Shown here: positions 12,794-26,200 of the stretch, one piece after another
How the letters are laid out: each line of letters begins with the position of its first letter
Numbering within the stretch: position 1 is the stretch's first letter
From: Lingula anatina
Taxonomy: Eukaryota > Animalia > Brachiopoda
Length of the DNA stretch: 64,000 nt
Direction of reading: 5' to 3'
Assembly: GCA_051362555.1 (NCBI GenBank)
Contig: CM120645.1
Location: forward strand, 24,580,934-24,644,933
Notes under the pieces: generated by a model
What the model saw: only the letters and a program-made list of their open reading frames with translations
What the model was told of the DNA's origin: nothing
Database searches by the model: none
Made by a program: the position numbers and the translations under genes

Positions 12794-13572
12794 AAGTTGG
12801 TGATGCTTGCTGTCAGGAGTCAGTGCATGTTCAATCACTGGTCGGCAAGTAAGGTCAATGGGTTACAGAGAGGGATTGCGTCTGCTTTTTAGATTTAATG
12901 ATAAAAAGTTATTTTAACCATAAGAACACGACTCAACACATGGCATGAACGCAGAAGCCTACATATTCACAAAAGAAAAAGAAATATGAAATCGTTTTTC
13001 AGTGGGCCTATGTCAAGAGCTTAAACAAAATCGGATGACAGTTAAAGTTACATTTCTTATCTCTAGCCTTGATCAGCCACTGTCAAACCGCGCAGTGTTT
13101 GGAACCAGATATATCTTTTGCAACAAATTATTGCGTAAATGATACGTTTTCGGGAAGATATGCATTCCGTGCCATTTTGAATTATGGATATAATTCCCAG
13201 CTACAAGCTCAAAGCTGCTAGGAAAGTTATGTCTAGTGTAGGTCCATGTCGGGGCTCTCATAAAGCTTCTTCTCACATCTCTAGTTCATGCAATCCAAAG
13301 GTACATTGTATCAAAATGTAGTAAGCTAACAGCAAAGAATAATAACTTAATTATGCCACGTGCATCCTACATCAACTACAATTTATTGAGAATGTTGCTC
13401 CATGGCAAAAAATAGTGAGAGATCGTCCCTGGCGAATTAAAAAGAACAGAAAAGGCCTTTGGTAAAGACATTTATTTTTGTCATGTTGAATGAAACAAAT
13501 TAAAATTGGCAAAGTTAATGAGAAAAGTAGGCCTTGGTCTATCGACATTAACATGTGTGAATATATATGAAT

Positions 13573-13605
<33 letters not shown>

Positions 13606-13785
13606 CTACGTTTTCATGACAAGGCCTATAAGAGGATTCTCAAAGAGCTCAAAGAGACACGCTTTAGGGCCCATTAAGAGATCATGCATGATCATACGGT
13701 CGACTTTGTAATTTTCGGTCTAATCTAACAATTTATTAATAATAGTAAACGTTTTAATCTACGGGGCTTCTGTACATGGATTCTC

Positions 13786-13836
13786 AATAAATAAAATAAA
13801 ATAAAATAAAATAAAATAAAATAAAATAAAATAAAA
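13786..13836. repeat. (AAAAT)n microsatellite
   Basis: Read directly. Confidence 0.93.
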
Positions 13837-14266
13837 AAGGCGTTTTGGCCTATTGAAAGATCATGCATGATCATATGTCCAGATTAGTAGGCCTAAGTTT
13901 CGATATTAGGCCTACAATATTTCTTTTATCATATTATTTTAGGCCTATTAGCTAGTAGGCCTAACTATTTTAATCTTGTATGGGACTATCTAGACCTATT
14001 CAGAATCGGGCTTAACTTTTTTTAATGGGGTTATTTTATTGTGGTTGAAGTTAGATCTACAGTTCTACACCACACATGGATCCAAGGATAGGGGGAAGAC
14101 ACTGCAAGTAGGGCCTACGTTAGTTCAAGAAGTTGTAAAGAGACTTCTTGGTTATTTCTTTGTCAAGGAGACCGTCTTCTAATGAGTCTAATCTCTGGCT
14201 GACTGCATGCCTGCAGTAGGCTATACTGGGGTAGGTCTAATTAAATCATTAAGGCATAACCGATAT

Positions 14267-14440
14267 CAGGGGCGGATCCAGAGATATTTCCTGACAGTCT
14301 TCCAAATTATCTCTGTTGATCCGTTCTTCATTTTTGACCGTCTTCCGACAGAAAAAATTAGATAGGCCTACCCGCCAATGTAAACTTGAAAATCTGACCG
14401 TCTTCCGGAAGACCCAGAAGACGCCCTAAATCCGCCCCTG
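14267..14440. mobile_element. Short hAT-like MITE
   Basis: TIR CAGGGGCGGAT / ATCCGCCCCTG; internal TGACCGTCTTCC repeats; GATAT on both flanks. Confidence 0.72.
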
Positions 14441-15013
14441 GATATAGGCCTATATAGGTCTCTTATGTCCTGATCTTTGACTGAATGTTACACTGGGCGA
14501 ATTTTTTCTTATTAAGTAGCCCCTAAATTTATTTCTTGTATGCCTGATTTTAAACTTTTAAAAACCGGTCTTCATGTAGGCCTATTTGCCTCATACCGGC
14601 CTTATGGCATTGGTTTGGGTTAATAATTTAATCGTGACGCGTATTAAATATGAAAATCTAGCATTGATGTCTAAATGCACAGATTTAACACTATAAAACA
14701 AGCTAGTATTCAAGCATAGTTATGTCAGTGTTATGGGCATATGTACGCAACAAAGTCCTATCGATTGATGAAACAATCTCAGTAAACTAGACACCTGCCA
14801 TTTCCAAGTATTATCAACTGGAATATTTGCAAGCTGCTCCTTAGACAAATGCGCTGATTGCAAATCTGTTGTCAACGAAAAACACGCATATACTTAACAG
14901 TAATGGTTAAAATACTGCTTTGAAATGCAGACATATGGAACTTATAAAATAAAATGTCACCGAGATTTTAATTTCCGAATCGGTCATTGTGCCACAGGCT
15001 ACAATGCTTCTTA

Positions 15014-15026
15014 GTTACCTAGCAAC
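15014..15026. promoter_or_regulatory. RFX X-box-like motif upstream of PRKAR2
   Basis: GTTACCTAGCAAC fits GTNRCC(N0-3)RGYAAC, about 400 nt upstream of the ATG in the CpG-rich promoter region. Motif match only. Confidence 0.5.
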
Positions 15027-15149
15027 ACCTGACACTTATCAATCTTCCGCAAGCACTATTTAACGATCCTGAATAGGTGTCGCAAGAATGTGCCCAAGCG
15101 GCACTTCTATTTATTCAGAGTCCCTTATATTCATTATCAAGGTCACTTT

Positions 15150-15398
15150 GCAAAGGTAAGTTCACGAACTGCATAAAACCGTATTGAAGCGTCGATGTTC
15201 TTTTGTTGCGGATTAATTTGCTTGAGGGGCTTCGTGACGTCATTTGGCCTGTATCATGACTTGAAGTGAATGTCAACAGCAAGAGGTAAGTAACAGGTCG
15301 ATGTACAACTCTCCCGAATGTGCAACCATGATTTGAATTAATGACTTAACGAAAAAGTTGAATGAGTTGATGAAGACAGTGAAGGTTTACTTTTCCAG
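15150..15398 (+). other. Probable PRKAR2 5'UTR intron(s): two strong donors and one acceptor
   Basis: AAG|gtaagt after 15155, GAG|gtaagt after 15285, and acceptor ttacttttccag| at 15398, upstream of ATG 15431. Confidence 0.55.
15235..15242. promoter_or_regulatory. Full palindromic CRE (TGACGTCA) in PRKAR2 5' region
   Basis: Exact TGACGTCA about 190 nt upstream of the ATG. Motif match only. Confidence 0.5.
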
Positions 15399-15430
15399 TG
15401 AATAATCTGCATGGTGGACAGTGTCACAGC

Positions 15431-18400
15431 ATGAGTTTGGAAGTAATTGTTCCGTCTGGGTTGACAGACTTGCTTACGCCGTTCGTAGTGGCTGTCCTGC
15501 GAGATGGACCGGACGATTTGGTGGATTTTGCTGCAAATTACTTCAATGAACTCCGAGAAAAGAGGCAGGGAACGCTACCAGGAATGGGAAGGGGAGTTCG
15601 TTTTGTCCCTGGTTCCGACGATGAAGCCATGCAAACGGACTCTGACGATGAACCAATGCCAGGTGAGAGTGAACGCAAATCTGTTGTCAGCACTCATTTG
15701 TTGTACAAGTGATATAAACCGCAATAAGTCGTTAGGAACACCAGTAATTATATCGCTGTACAAAGGTAATTGGTTCGAAGTTTTGTTGAAAGGTGTATAA
15801 GTCTCCAATTTGACATTTTGCCCCAGGTTACATCGCCCAGCCAACCAAAGGCTGATAACTTACTTGATAAAGAAAAAAATCCCTTCTCTCAGTGAAAACC
15901 AGATTTCAGCACAGGTGGAGGAGAACATGTGGTTCAGTACTTTGTGTAAATATTGTGCCAGTCTTGTAACATCCCACAGAATTTTCTCCTCAAATAATTG
16001 CAAACAGCTCTAGGGTAAACAAGACAGCATCTTCAAATAATTGATGTAATAATGTACTCCCCCATGAATTACTTCTCGCTTTGAACAGTTATAGACTAAC
16101 GAATACTGAATACAATAACACAATATGTGCTTGTTTTTTTCAAAAAAGATTAAGAATATAAGCATGTCATTATAAAAAGGGATGCATAGTGTAATTACTT
16201 TATTCCATCTTCTATTTATAAATAAAAAATAACATAAAGCCTGTCATATAGAAAAGAAAGACCTCATAAACCCTTGAAAGCTCATGATTTCGATTAGCAT
16301 TTCTTTCATTTTGTTTGGATTATATGAAATGCCAGTTCTCTCAATCTTTTAATCTGTCAGTTTTCAGATGTTGATGTTTCATCTTGATCAGCTCAGTTGG
16401 AAGGTCTTGTTCAGTATCAAAATAAAAGAATTGGCATAAAGTTGGTCGAGAAAAGATTAATCGGTATAGAAATGGGATCTTGATATTCTTAAACTGCATC
16501 TTCTAGTTATTGATCATGTTCTAATGGGATTGTTTTCATTTTACTGATTAAGTTGGGAATTTCATGTTTCTAGATTAGCTGTATACAGTTGTATTGAACA
16601 GATGGGCATCCTTGATTGGATTTGAATTGTTATTATCCATGCTATGGGAAGAAGTTCACTTCATACCATTGGATGCAGGAGTCATTTAAACTTGGTGTTT
16701 TGGTAGTATACTGATAGCTGGAATTCATAGTATTTCTAATAATTGTGTCTCTAGTACAGGACGTAAGGAATTCATGTGTGAAAAGAGCCTAGGATTTTGG
16801 CTGTAGGTAATAGAACATCAAATATTGAACAGACCAAATTGAAGATTGGCCTGCTGCTGGTAGAGAATAGATTTTTCTTAAGACACAAGTTAGTTCCTTG
16901 CTTTGTGCTTAGCTATAAAGTTAGCTTAACGTGGACATGACGGAGGTTTGTGATGCGGCAGATGGGTGTGTCAAGCAGCGAGAGAGACGGGGGGCTGTCG
17001 ATTCCGCAGTAGGTAAGATGCTGTACTCTGGACAGAGTCAAATGTCAGCTTTATACATTTCTAAAGCATGGTTGTAAGTACTCTAAATATGAAATATTGA
17101 CTTCTGCAGGCTACCCATGTTCGAATTATATTCCTGATCATTTGTCACAGTATGTTTATCTCAGAAACTGGCATACTGTTTAATTGTTTTTCCTGGTGCC
17201 ATAGCAATGCAGAAAATATACTTTGGGAAATAATTTGAATCACATAGGCAACATTATATGCCTTTCTTTCATGTTTTTTAATTGAGATATACAGACTCGC
17301 ATTTCTATGCTGCCTAAGGCATTAGGTGTCATTAGATTGTATGCCAGCATTTACAACTGTTTAAGGGATATTCCGTCCATTAACACCTGTGATAGTTTCC
17401 CCAGATGTAGACATTTGATCTTGATTACATTTGAGACGTAGGTTTAAAAGAATTGGATGATTTTAGTTGCTATTTTGTTACTATAGGCTAATTATAGGTT
17501 CACCCAAGAGGACACGGGGTGGTATATTAAGGTTAAGTAGCCATAGTGTTCAGATCAATCAACCGTTTCCTGCAGTTTCACTGTCAATAGTTCATCATTT
17601 TCCACCATTTTCATCTTGTCAGTAGAAATTTGTACAGCGTTTAGAAAGATCAATCTTCTCCTTCAATACTCTCTGCTGTGTTGTTTACATATCTGTCTGT
17701 CTTGCCGTATAAATAAACCTGTACTGGTGAGATAAAGCCAATGGTTTGTTTTATAATCAGAGATCACCTGTACATTTTACATCCGTCTAAGTGCAGTTGG
17801 TGTGCCTGGTAGAAATGGATTTTTAAATAAAGCAAGTTCTGACAGCTAAATCCTAACCACCAGAGGTTTAATTAAAGCACATAAAAAGGGACCACTCTTT
17901 TGGACTTACAACAGTACGAGTTTTATGGTTGTGTTCTCGAGATATAAAAATAACACAGCCTATTTCCTACAGGTTTTTGCTTTATTTCTACTCTCTGTAA
18001 AATTCTGTAATATGTCAGCAAAATGTCTATAATCCATTATTTTACAGTTGAAATGTGAATGTGTTGTCTTAACTGAAATCATATATGGTTCCTTAACATT
18101 TTATCTTAGAGTGGTTTCAAATTTAAACAAAACATGTAGTGAAGTTTAAATCCTTTTAGCATTGTAAGATACTAAAGGCATTGAATGATTGTTAATGAAT
18201 TACCAAAAAAAAATGGTTTTTTGAAACCTTAAACTCATCATACTAGCAAATGTATGATTTGTATGATGGACCCAGGATTTAATAATAAATATTGCTGCCC
18301 CAGACCTTTAATTTATATTCTGAAAAATGAAAATGTTGGTGTTTAGTGAGGTGTGAGGTGATGATTATGGCATGTATGTATGCTATACAAAACAACTTTA

Positions 18401-20190
18401 CTTAATATGTAGTGTTATGTTATGTACTCAGCAGTTTTATAATATATCCCCTGTAAGTGAAGTATTAGATTAAACATCCTCTTAGTTTTGTTGCATATCT
18501 CTTATAATGCCAGTGAAGAATCTGCAGATATTGAAATACACCTTTTGAAATAATGTTTTATTTATAATCAGGCCCTTTTTTTCAGTATTACCAAAAATAT
18601 GCTCTCATCTCAAATTGATTTCATTGTTAAGTAAAAAATACACCTTATATTTTGTAGCCTATGCAATAGAATTAGAGCAGTTGTACACCAGTCCAAGGCT
18701 TGTGGTAGGGCACTCATAGTTTACATAACTCCATGTCTCTGTGCTTTTATTCCAAATGTTATTTTTACTTGAGTTCCTATCAGTTGCATTTCATATATTT
18801 CAAAGGTTGTTCTCAATTTTGCCTGCATATTGGTTGAGTAAAGCGTATCTTGTCACAAGTTTTGTCTGGTCTAAATAGATAAGATAATGTTACAACAACC
18901 TTGAAGGGCCTGCGTTGATTACACTGGCAGATGAAGTGTATATAAATAGTGATATATAAATGGTGCCAGTTTCAATGAATCATTAATAAATTCAGCATTT
19001 CTAGGTTGTTAGGGACTTGATAGAAATTTTTCATATTGTCTGTGGACAGGTAGTGAACTGTGCCACTGGCTGCATAGTTTAATCTTTTTATTCACTAACT
19101 ATTGGGAAAACAATAAAGTGGGCCTGTTAATAATGCATGGAAATTGTTGCCTTTGATGAAGATAATTTTGTAAAGTGGTACAACTGAAGAGCTTTGAGGA
19201 TGTTTCTCTTTCAATTTACTAAAAAGTGTATTTAGCAGCAGTACTATGTGTGCAGGGTTTTGTATTCTATTCAGACAGTGAGCTGAAGAGGGCCAAGCAA
19301 CTTGATGGATTTGTAGACTGCCAGGCAATTTCTAACTCAGTGGAAGCTAAATTGTTGTGGATTTTTTAAACACTACTGATACATGGATAAAATCTCTGTT
19401 AACTTTTGTGCATGAAAAGATTACACCCAAGTCTTGGGAAAACAAAACTCTATTGTTTATCTTTATTTTTCAGTGAGTTGAACGTTGTAGAATATTAGAT
19501 AATAAATAGAAAGAAACAGTTAAGATTTTTTCTTTATTTAATAAATGACAAAAATAAGAAAAAATAAATAAATAAATAAAATCTTGAATATGCTGCCTTT
19601 GGTATAAGCTGATTTGAAAAATTGTGGAGAACCTAACTCTTCTTTTACATAAATACTTTACATGGCTTTTTGTAATGAGGTGTTATATTTTTTATGTTTG
19701 AGATGTGAGAAATAATGCAGAAGGCATTTGTAAAGAGAAAATGATACATAAATGATTCAGCATATGCTATTTATGGATGATAATTGTAGTAGACTTTAGT
19801 ACCAGGCAAATGATTTGTTTCTTGCAGATCAAAAGCTGCAAAGCCAAACAAAATTACTACTATTGCAAGTTTTGAATATATGATGTAGGTAATGCCTAAT
19901 GCTGCCCCAATTGATTTAATACCATGAAAAGACTACATAGTGAGGGCTGTCTAGTGAGTCTCTGTCGGAGTCTACCAGATAAGTTGTATCACTGAGCCAG
20001 CTAAGTTATGACAACAGAATTCATTTATTTCATGGTTGAGTGTTCACCAATGCAGATTGGTGTGGTGAAATAACAGCCTGTGTCAACAAACAGGTGGGCC
20101 AGATTGCATGGACACTTGCTAGAAATTATTCTCTGGTCTATTCTTATGTTACAAGTTCTCCTTTGTGGCACCTAGACCTCCCCTGATGTT

Positions 20191-20238
<48 letters not shown>

Positions 20239-23200
20239 AATTATTGGGAGAACCATATGTTGGTCACATTCACTCCAAATCTAGCCAGTAAGTGCACTCT
20301 ATCAGAATTCTGAAGAGAGCAGGTTTTTCACCTCATGACTCTGAAAATTAACATGTCAGATCTAAAACCTGGCCTAGAAGTTCTGCTGTTCAAGTGTGCC
20401 ACACTGGATAGAAGTTCTGCTGTTCAAGTGTGCCACACTGGATAGAAGTTCTGCTGTTCAAGTGTGCCACACTGGATAGAAGTTCTGCTGTTCAAGTGTG
20501 CCACACTGGATAGAAGTTCTGCTGTTCAAGTGTGCCACACTGGATAGAAGTTCTGCTGTTCAAGTGTGCCACACTGGATTGACAAAATGCCAAACTGAAA
20601 ATATTGAATCCGTCCAGAGACTCTGCAACTGGTAAATTTTGTATCTTTACAAAGTAGGTGTGATGGTCCATGGAAAATGTTTGAATGTATGCATACAGAA
20701 GGAAAACGCTATGTCTGCAATGAGTCTTTGGCACTGAGAAATTCTAGTGTATAAACTATGTTCCTTAGAACAGTTTTGAAAACATAAATTGCCAAATTTG
20801 ATATTTCAAATTATGAATTCTTCTTGAATGTTTTTAATGGATGATTTTTTATTTATAGTTACATTTCACTCTTTTAAAGTACAATCAAGTATTATTATTT
20901 TTTTTATGAGGATATTAATAACATTTTTAATATCATGGTTTTTGAACAGAGTTCAGTTGATATGCATATAAAATTCACGTTACCCTCTCACAAAAGTGAC
21001 CAAGCTAATGAACTGTGTTTTCTGTACATTTACATTATACAAGTTAAAGCTACACTCCACATGCAGCCTTTTTACTCCACTTTGTGTGGATTTTATTGAA
21101 AATATTACTGCTGCACTACAAGTGTGCTGAGTAGATGGAAAGTAATAAAGTAAATGGGAGCTATCAATGCCTATTATCTTATAACAAATGATGAAGAACC
21201 AGCAGGGAGTGACTTTTGTCTTGTGTGATGGTCTGATATTGGATTCAGTCTGGCGTCCAGTTAACACCCAGACACTAGGCATTAATTCACTGCCCTCGGG
21301 TCTTCTTCCTGGCTTCTACATATACTCCATGCCAGTGTCCAGATCATTGCTGCTGTGGCGTCCAGTTAACACCCAGACACTGGGCATTAATTCATTGCCC
21401 TCAGGCCTTCTTCCTGGCTTCTACATATACTCCATGCCAGTGTCCAGATCATTGCTGCTGTGGCGTCCAGTTAACACCCAGACACTGGGCATTAATTCAT
21501 TGCCCTTAGGTCTTCTTCCTGGCTTCTACATATACTCCATGCCAGTGTCCAGATCATTGCTGCTGTGGCGTCCAGTTAACACCCAGACACTGGGCATTAA
21601 TTCACTGCCCTCAGGTCTTCTTCCTGGCTTCTACATATACTCCATGCCAGTGTCCAGATCATTGCTGCTGTGGCGTCCAGTTAACACCCAGACACTGGGC
21701 ATTAATTCACTGCCCTCAGGTCTTCTTCCTGGCTTCTACATATACTCCATGCCAGTGTCCAGGTCATTGCTGCTGTGGCGTCCAGTTAACACCCAGACAC
21801 TGGGCATTAATTCACTGCCCTCAGGTCTTCTTCCTGGCTTCTACATATACTCCATGCCAGTGTCCAGATCATTGCTGCTGTGGCGTCCAGTTAACACCCA
21901 GACATTGGGCATTAATTCACTGCCCTCAGGTCTTCTTCCTGGCTTCTACATATACTCCATGCCAGTGTCCAGATCATTGCTGCTGTGGCGTCCAGTTAAC
22001 ACCCAGACACTGGGCATTAATTCACTGCCCTCAGGTCTTCTTCCTGGCTTCTGTATGGAGTCCATGCCAGTATTCTGGCTGTAGTAATACATTCTAGTCC
22101 ATCTCATTGCCTCCATGCTGGAATTAGTGGCTTGGATCATTTTGTTCCTCTTATTTGTGAAAGTTCTATGGATTTTGGTGAAAACTGAAGTGAGGGAGAT
22201 CTTGGTGTTAAACAGGTTTCTAAAGATTAGGTTGTGTTCAAAGAAATTCAACTGATACCTAGCCGGGGGCTTGAACCTTGAATTTGACGTTTTTTAAAAT
22301 GTCATTACACCTTTTTAAACACAGAATTGTAGTTATCACTTTACACCCTGAACTCTGCTTCCATTAGATGCTCATACCTCACTTAATTTTGGCATAAACT
22401 GTTAAAGCATATGCTGCATATATAGTCAGCAATTGCCACACAGAATGTCTAATGTATAGCAACATAAATATAGAATCACTCTGCATTTAGTGACTCTCTT
22501 CACTGACTGTGGTGCAATTAACCATTCAGTACATTTTACTCTGGGTCTGTTACCAGTGATCTTAATAAATGAAGCATAGTTTGACATCTGGAATTGACTG
22601 CAAACGCTATGATTCACAAAAGACGATAATTTTTAAGAGTCAGCACTAAAGTTATGACAATAGGAATAATGTTATAAAAAGAGTTTACTATTTTATTTAA
22701 TAAACTGTGAAAATATTTAAATTGAGCAAACATAGATTGAAAACTGACTTACAGATTACCCATCATCTCCATTTGATTTACATGTTTTGTATCTTTTATG
22801 TCATCAGTGTTTGGTTGCATGTACACCTTTTATGAATTCATCTTCTACAGCAATAAACTAATATAGCCTTTGGCGTTTCCACTCTTTGCTTTACATGGAA
22901 TAAATGTAGGAGTTAGTAATGTAGATGTTCTTATGGCTTCATAAACTTTTGTACATATATATGTGTGTATCTAGAGGCCTCTGTATACTTTGTGTAAATA
23001 CCATTAAAATATCTTCAAATATTACTGGTATAGTCTCAGTTCTAGTCAGTTATATTTCAGTACATTACTGGTCAGACTTCCCTTCAGTCTCAGTTCTAGT
23101 CAGTTATATTTCAGTATATTACTGGTCAGACTTCCCTTCAGTCTCAGTTCTAGTCAGTTATATTTCAGTATATTACTGATCAGACTCCCTTCAGTCTCAG

Positions 23201-26200
23201 TTCTAGTCAGTTATATTTCAGTACATTACTGGTCAGACTCCCTTCAGTCTCAGTTCTAGTCAGTTATATTTCAGTATATTACTGATCAGACTCCCTTCAG
23301 TCTCAGTTCTAGTCAGTTATATTTCAGTACATTACTGGTCAGACTCCCTTCAGTCTCAGTTCTAGTCAGTTATATTTCAGTACATTACTGGTCAGACTCC
23401 CTTCAGTCTCAGTTCTAGTCAGTTATATTTCAGTACATTACTGGTCAGACTCCCTTCAGTCTCAGTTCTAGTCAGTTATATTTCAGTACATTACTGGTCA
23501 GACTTCCCTTCAGTCTCAGTTCTAGTCAGTTATATTTCAGTACATTACTGGTCAGACTTCCCTTCAGTCTCAGTTCTAGTCAGTTATATTTCAGTACATT
23601 ACTGGTCAGACTTCCCTTCAGTCTCAGTTCTAGTCAGTTATATTTCAGTACATTACTGGTCAGACTCCCTTCAGTCTCAGTTCTAGTCAGTTATATTTCA
23701 GTATATTACTGGTCAGACTTCCCTTCATCAGTATCAGTTCTAGTCCGTTACATTCAGCTTCAGTATCATGTTATCTGGTGGTCAATGTGGGCCAGGTTAG
23801 ATGTGCTGTGTTTATTCTAAAGTAACCTATAACTTATTACTGCAGTATTCAGTCACAGGAGATAAGGGGTCTTTCACTGATAGGAATGTTTGTTTAGATC
23901 CTGAGAAGGGTAGAGGTTGTCCTTATGTAGAGGGAGTGGGAAGGTTTAGAGGAAAGAAGTCAGCTTACCAGTGGTGATTGTAGCTTTAATCTGGTTTAAT
24001 AGAGACAAATACATGTAATAAGACAAATAAGTGGCACTATATCTTAATTTAGCCAGGACATTTCTTCAGAAAATATTTTCCCGTGTTGATATTTTATTGG
24101 AAGTCCATACATTTCAAGATGAAGAGAGATGAGAGTTTTGAGGATGAAGATATTTTCGATGAAGGTATTTTAAGCATATTAAATATACCTTTTGAGCTTT
24201 TTGCATTTTTTTCTTTGATATACCATAGTTTTAAACAGCTTAACTTTAAAGTATATTTCCAATGAAGTAGATATGTTTTAATTCTTGAGTAGACCTTCTG
24301 ACAATAAGATATCAACCCCCTTCCCAGTATCCTTGGGTTGACCTTCTGACAAAAAGATGTCAACCCTTTTCAATATCCTCAAGTTGACCTTCTAAAACAA
24401 GATGTCAACCCCTTCCCAATATCCTCAAGTTGACCTTCTGACAAAAAGATGTCAACCCTTTTCAATATCCTTGAGTTGACCTTCTAAAACAAGATGTCAA
24501 CCCCCTCCCCAATATCCTTAAGTTGACCTTCTAAAACAAGATGTCAACCCCCCCCCCCCCCCAATATCCTTGAGTTGACCTTCTGACAATAAGATGTCAT
24601 CAATCCCCCCACCCTCGTAATATTCATGAGAACAACCCTTCTCCCCAATGGGAAGACCAGGTTAGTTTCATTTTCACATTTGAAACAAGGTATTCTCTCT
24701 TTTCCATAATTTTTTTCTTTCACTAACTTAAATGGTTGCTTTTAGAAACTAAGCAATAGACAAGTTTTACATTGATCTTAAGTGAACCAGTTTAGCAGCT
24801 TATAACATGTGTGCCTGCTCGTGTGCACATGTGTGATTTTTGGCCTCTTTTACTCTTTTCAGATTTTTTTTTCAAATTGTAGCTGGAAATGCAGATGTAG
24901 GAGTTTGATAACATGTCTTCAGTCAATATCACAAAGATGTTGGTAGTAAATTAAGGTCAGAAAGTTAATGTACCTAACAATGGATGCTGTGTTTTATTTA
25001 TGCCCAGAATATCGACTGTTGTAGGAGAAATTCAATATTCTTTGATTTTATGTTTTGTGTCCTCTTACAAGTGTACACGATCATGGTATTTGTGTGCATT
25101 GTGACTCAACTCGAGCTGTTTTAGACTGTGCTATGTTATATTTCTCCAATTTAACTTTGTTTTATTTTCTGAAAAAAAACTTACAAAAGTCAATATTCTC
25201 GTCAATAAATGCAATCTGTAGGTGTCTCTGCCTGTTTTGATTAAAAATACTTTGTTTTTTATCTGATGTTTTATTAATATGAAGGACCTAGGGTGGATAA
25301 TGATAACAGTTGAGATTATTTACAATATATGTGATACATTGATTTGAATGTACTGACTGTACTCTCAGATTTTTACTGGGAAAATGGAATTAGAACATTG
25401 TTAACACTGTTGGACAAAATATTTTTCAGACTTTACGAAAGGCCAAAAAATCTGTCAGACATTCGGTCTGACAAGCTTGAAAATTCTGTCAGACCGAAAC
25501 AAAATCTGTCAGACCGAAGTAAAATAATAGAAATGTGAACCATTATTCATGTTTTCATGTGTATTTTCTAACGTTTTAAATCACTGACATTAATTCAAAT
25601 ATTAAATTTTTGATATATATTTATTTGTAAAAAAGTAAAATAAGAAAGAAAAACAAAAAAAAAAAAAAAAAATAGACAAAAAATTACTTGCATAACAAGT
25701 TGTTTTTTTTATTTAATGAAAAAGACGCTGTGGAATGACACAAGGACTAAAAACAATACAAGTATGAAGAATGTGTAGCTAGTAATATCAAATGTATGTG
25801 CATAAAAACGTCTGTTATTGTTAATCAGATAATGATTTCACACCTTGTTTTTGGCAAAAACATATGCATATTGAAACAGCACAATAAGGCAGTCTCTTTC
25901 ATCCAATTGAAGCTTTTTTCCTCTCCTACAGATCACAAGTCCGCCAGGGCCTACCTTCTTTCCAATTTTACTGTAGTAAACTTCCGTTTCTCTTCCTCAC
26001 TTCGTTTTTATTTTTTGCCACGCTTTGCATCAACGAAGTGTTTAAAGTTCAACAACGTCATTTTCTAAACAAAAGGCTTATCCATGAGTACTGTGTATGA
26101 CTGATAATGAAGAAACAGAGGATCAAGTCTGTAAAACGCAAATAGCACGAGCACATGTGTTGCAGCCATTTTGTCGTGTAGGGGTATTACGAAAACGAAA

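Noticed and set aside
21188-22084. 298-aa ORF with 35-aa repeats
   Set aside because: Fully explained by a 105-bp tandem repeat that happens to lack stops in one frame; intronic, with no recognisable domain.
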